Shown: piece after piece, positions 61,950-64,000 of the stretch
Position numbering within the stretch: the stretch's first letter is position 1
Layout: each line of letters opens with the position of its first letter
DNA from: an uncultured Paraprevotella sp.
GTDB lineage: Bacteria > Bacteroidota > Bacteroidia > Bacteroidales > Bacteroidaceae
Assembly: GCA_964523985.1 (NCBI GenBank)
Contig: CAZGBV010000002.1
Coordinates: forward strand, 6 to 64,005
Direction: 5' to 3'
Length of the DNA: 64,000 nt
Position numbers and translations under genes: made by a program
Notes under the pieces: model-generated
What the model saw: the letters and a program-made list of their open reading frames with translations, nothing else
Database searches by the model: none
What the model was told of the DNA's origin: nothing

Positions 61950-61990
61950 AGGAGTCGTGTCACGGCAAGCGACGCGGCTCCTTTCATTTT
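61950..61990 (+). terminator. Intrinsic terminator of the GGGtGRT operon
   Basis: aggagtcgtgtc...gacgcggctcct followed by ttcatttt. Confidence 0.65.
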
Positions 61991-62165
61991 GCCATAAATC
62001 TGCCATAACATAAAAGGGAAGACGGCATTACTTTATTCCAGGCATTTTCTCTCCGGTCTTGAAAGGGAGTTTCCCCGAATTAAGGTCGGGCTTTCTGAAA
62101 GGCAAGAATTTAATGGGAAAAAGGGAAAATACCGTTTAATAATAATTAGGATAGCATAATACAAT

Positions 62166-63977
62166 ATGGCCACAAAAAACATAGAGCCTAAATTGCGGCT
62201 CATCAGCGAATACACGATGCTGGAACGTAATGATATTTTTGAGATACCTCAATACCAGCGTGCTTACTCATGGACTACATCTCATTGTGCAAAGCTTTGG
62301 CAGGATATCGAAGATTTTATTGTTTCAAATGATGAAGACCCTTATTTTTTCGGCACTATCATCATTGATTGCTCTACTCCCAATCATCTCAGTCTAATTG
62401 ATGGACAACAAAGGACTACCACATTTTTTCTTTTACTCAAAGCCTTACAGCTTCGTTTGAAAGAATTGTTGGATAGTTTCAATTTTAGTCCTGATACAGC
62501 TGCTTTGTTCATGGGATTGAATAGAAGCTATGACACTATTTGTAGAATACTGTACAAAGCAGATGATGATAAGCAGGTAGAAATGAAAAACAATTGGGAT
62601 AATGCACGAGGCATCACTATTCTTGAAAACAATTCTATTAACGAATTGTACAAAAACGATTTCCGCATGATCATTGAGGCGGAAAATTTCACTGAAGCCG
62701 AACGCTCGGTTTACAGGTTTCCTCGCAAACAGAAAGATAACAAATACACCAACTTCTTCAGAAATTTCAAATATTTCTTTGAGTTAATATCGAAATATTC
62801 AGAGTCTAACCTGAACAATTTTACTAAGATTTTCTTATCTAAGTGCCAAATTATCGAAATCAAAAGTTGGCAAATTGAACAAGCCATAAATATGTTTAAC
62901 TCTTTGAACTCAACAGGTATGCCACTTTCTGATGCAGATATAATATCGGCGCAACTTTACTCTAAGGTCGGCGATGATGGGAAAGATGCTTTTATTGCTA
63001 AATGGAAAGACATCAATGTTATTGCCAATGAGCTTGCACAAAAGAAAATTGTGAATATTGATGGTGTACTTCAACAATTCATGTACATTACTCGAGCAAC
63101 CAAGAGGCAGTATAAATCCAACGAAGTTACGACACCTAGTCTACGAAAGTATTATTTGGACAAGCATTCAGAATTATTGAATGAACCTCTTGTGTTATGT
63201 GATTCGTTCAGAAAAATACTTGATATTTGGAATGCCATTAAAGACTATCCAATAATCAAATTACTTCTTAAGTTTAATGAGAACTTCAAGCTGTTCCTTA
63301 TCTCATATTTATTCAGATATGATGCAACAACCCTAACGAAAGATATAGTTGCTCCTATTGCCGAATGTTTACTTCGGCTGTTCACAATCGTTGAGGTGGG
63401 AGATGCTGGATATTCTGTTTCCAAATTCAAGACATTCCTCTTTAACGAGAACTTCAATTTGGTAAATTCTTCGTATACTTTGGCTCAAATTATAGAAGAT
63501 TTTAATCGCCATATCAATAGTACATGGAAACGTGACGATGTGGAAGATGATTTGCGCGAATACACCAAAAATATTCTTGTATACCTAAATGAATACTTAT
63601 ATGCAAAGGAACAAAATAGGTATTACAATATAGATGAGAGAACCAATGTTGAGCATATTATGCCTGCGAGCGGCCATAATATAGAAATCATTCGTACCGA
63701 TGCCGGTATTGAAGATTCTGAAGAATTCTCAACTCTTGTAAATCAACTTGGCAACAAAATTCTTTTAGAGGAAGTTATCAATAAGACTATTGGCAATGAT
63801 TGGTTCAAAACAAAAAAAGGAAGCACATTATCAAGTAAGACCGGTTATGTAGGCAGTAGCTTCGGATTTGCTCTTGATTTGGCTAAATATCCAAAAGATT
63901 GCTGGGAGAAAGATGATATAGAAAAGGCTACCAATGCTGCTATAGAACGTATTAGCAAGTTTGTCTTCAACGAATAG
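62166..63977 (+). CDS. DUF262 + DUF1524/HNH protein (GmrSD-like modification-dependent nuclease), AT-rich
   Basis: IPQYQRAYSW, YFFGTII, IDGQQR, FNSLNSTGMPLS; C-terminal VEHIMP...LGNKILL...N. Confidence 0.88.
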   Translation: MATKNIEPKLRLISEYTMLERNDIFEIPQYQRAYSWTTSHCAKLWQDIEDFIVSNDEDPYFFGTIIIDCSTPNHLSLIDGQQRTTTFFLLLKALQLRLKELLDSFNFSPDTAALFMGLNRSYDTICRILYKADDDKQVEMKNNWDNARGITILENNSINELYKNDFRMIIEAENFTEAERSVYRFPRKQKDNKYTNFFRNFKYFFELISKYSESNLNNFTKIFLSKCQIIEIKSWQIEQAINMFNSLNSTGMPLSDADIISAQLYSKVGDDGKDAFIAKWKDINVIANELAQKKIVNIDGVLQQFMYITRATKRQYKSNEVTTPSLRKYYLDKHSELLNEPLVLCDSFRKILDIWNAIKDYPIIKLLLKFNENFKLFLISYLFRYDATTLTKDIVAPIAECLLRLFTIVEVGDAGYSVSKFKTFLFNENFNLVNSSYTLAQIIEDFNRHINSTWKRDDVEDDLREYTKNILVYLNEYLYAKEQNRYYNIDERTNVEHIMPASGHNIEIIRTDAGIEDSEEFSTLVNQLGNKILLEEVINKTIGNDWFKTKKGSTLSSKTGYVGSSFGFALDLAKYPKDCWEKDDIEKATNAAIERISKFVFNE

Positions 63978-64000
63978 TATGCAGATTACCTCGTAATGCC

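Noticed and set aside
1-64000. CRISPR array, rRNA, intact IS or prophage
   Set aside because: No repeat-spacer periodicity, rRNA signature, transposase or phage structural genes were seen.

Overview
Chromosomal window from a GC-rich Bacteroidales bacterium, probably Prevotellaceae-like. This is inferred from TAnnTTTG promoters, a murF-alr fusion, a porP-K-L-M-N T9SS operon and a GSCFA protein. Most of it is core genome: rpoD, dxs, trkA, fumarase, hflX, rsmI, tdk, addAB-like, waaA, gltX, priA, tRNA-Lys, tRNA-Arg and SRP RNA. The most notable region is a ~10.7-kb lipid locus (16060-26726). There a YghO/bacterial-ceramide-synthase-like GNAT acyltransferase heads a stripped-down aryl-polyene/flexirubin-type FAS II module, followed by a flippase-like membrane protein and a DUF5686 beta-barrel, with a convergent CDP-alcohol phosphotransferase. 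The locus is bounded by a perfect 49-bp promoter palindrome on one side and a 1.25-kb ORF-less, hairpin-rich region on the other. Other points of interest: a PARIS-like ABC-ATPase + DUF4435/TOPRIM pair next to an SF1 helicase; an HPr-kinase-like + S24/S26 peptidase pair at the left edge; a NifU-like/GGGtGRT operon; a decayed integrase with a foreign tRNA 3' fragment; an AT-rich single-gene insertion; and a GmrSD-like nuclease. All family assignments come from motif recognition by eye, not database searches.
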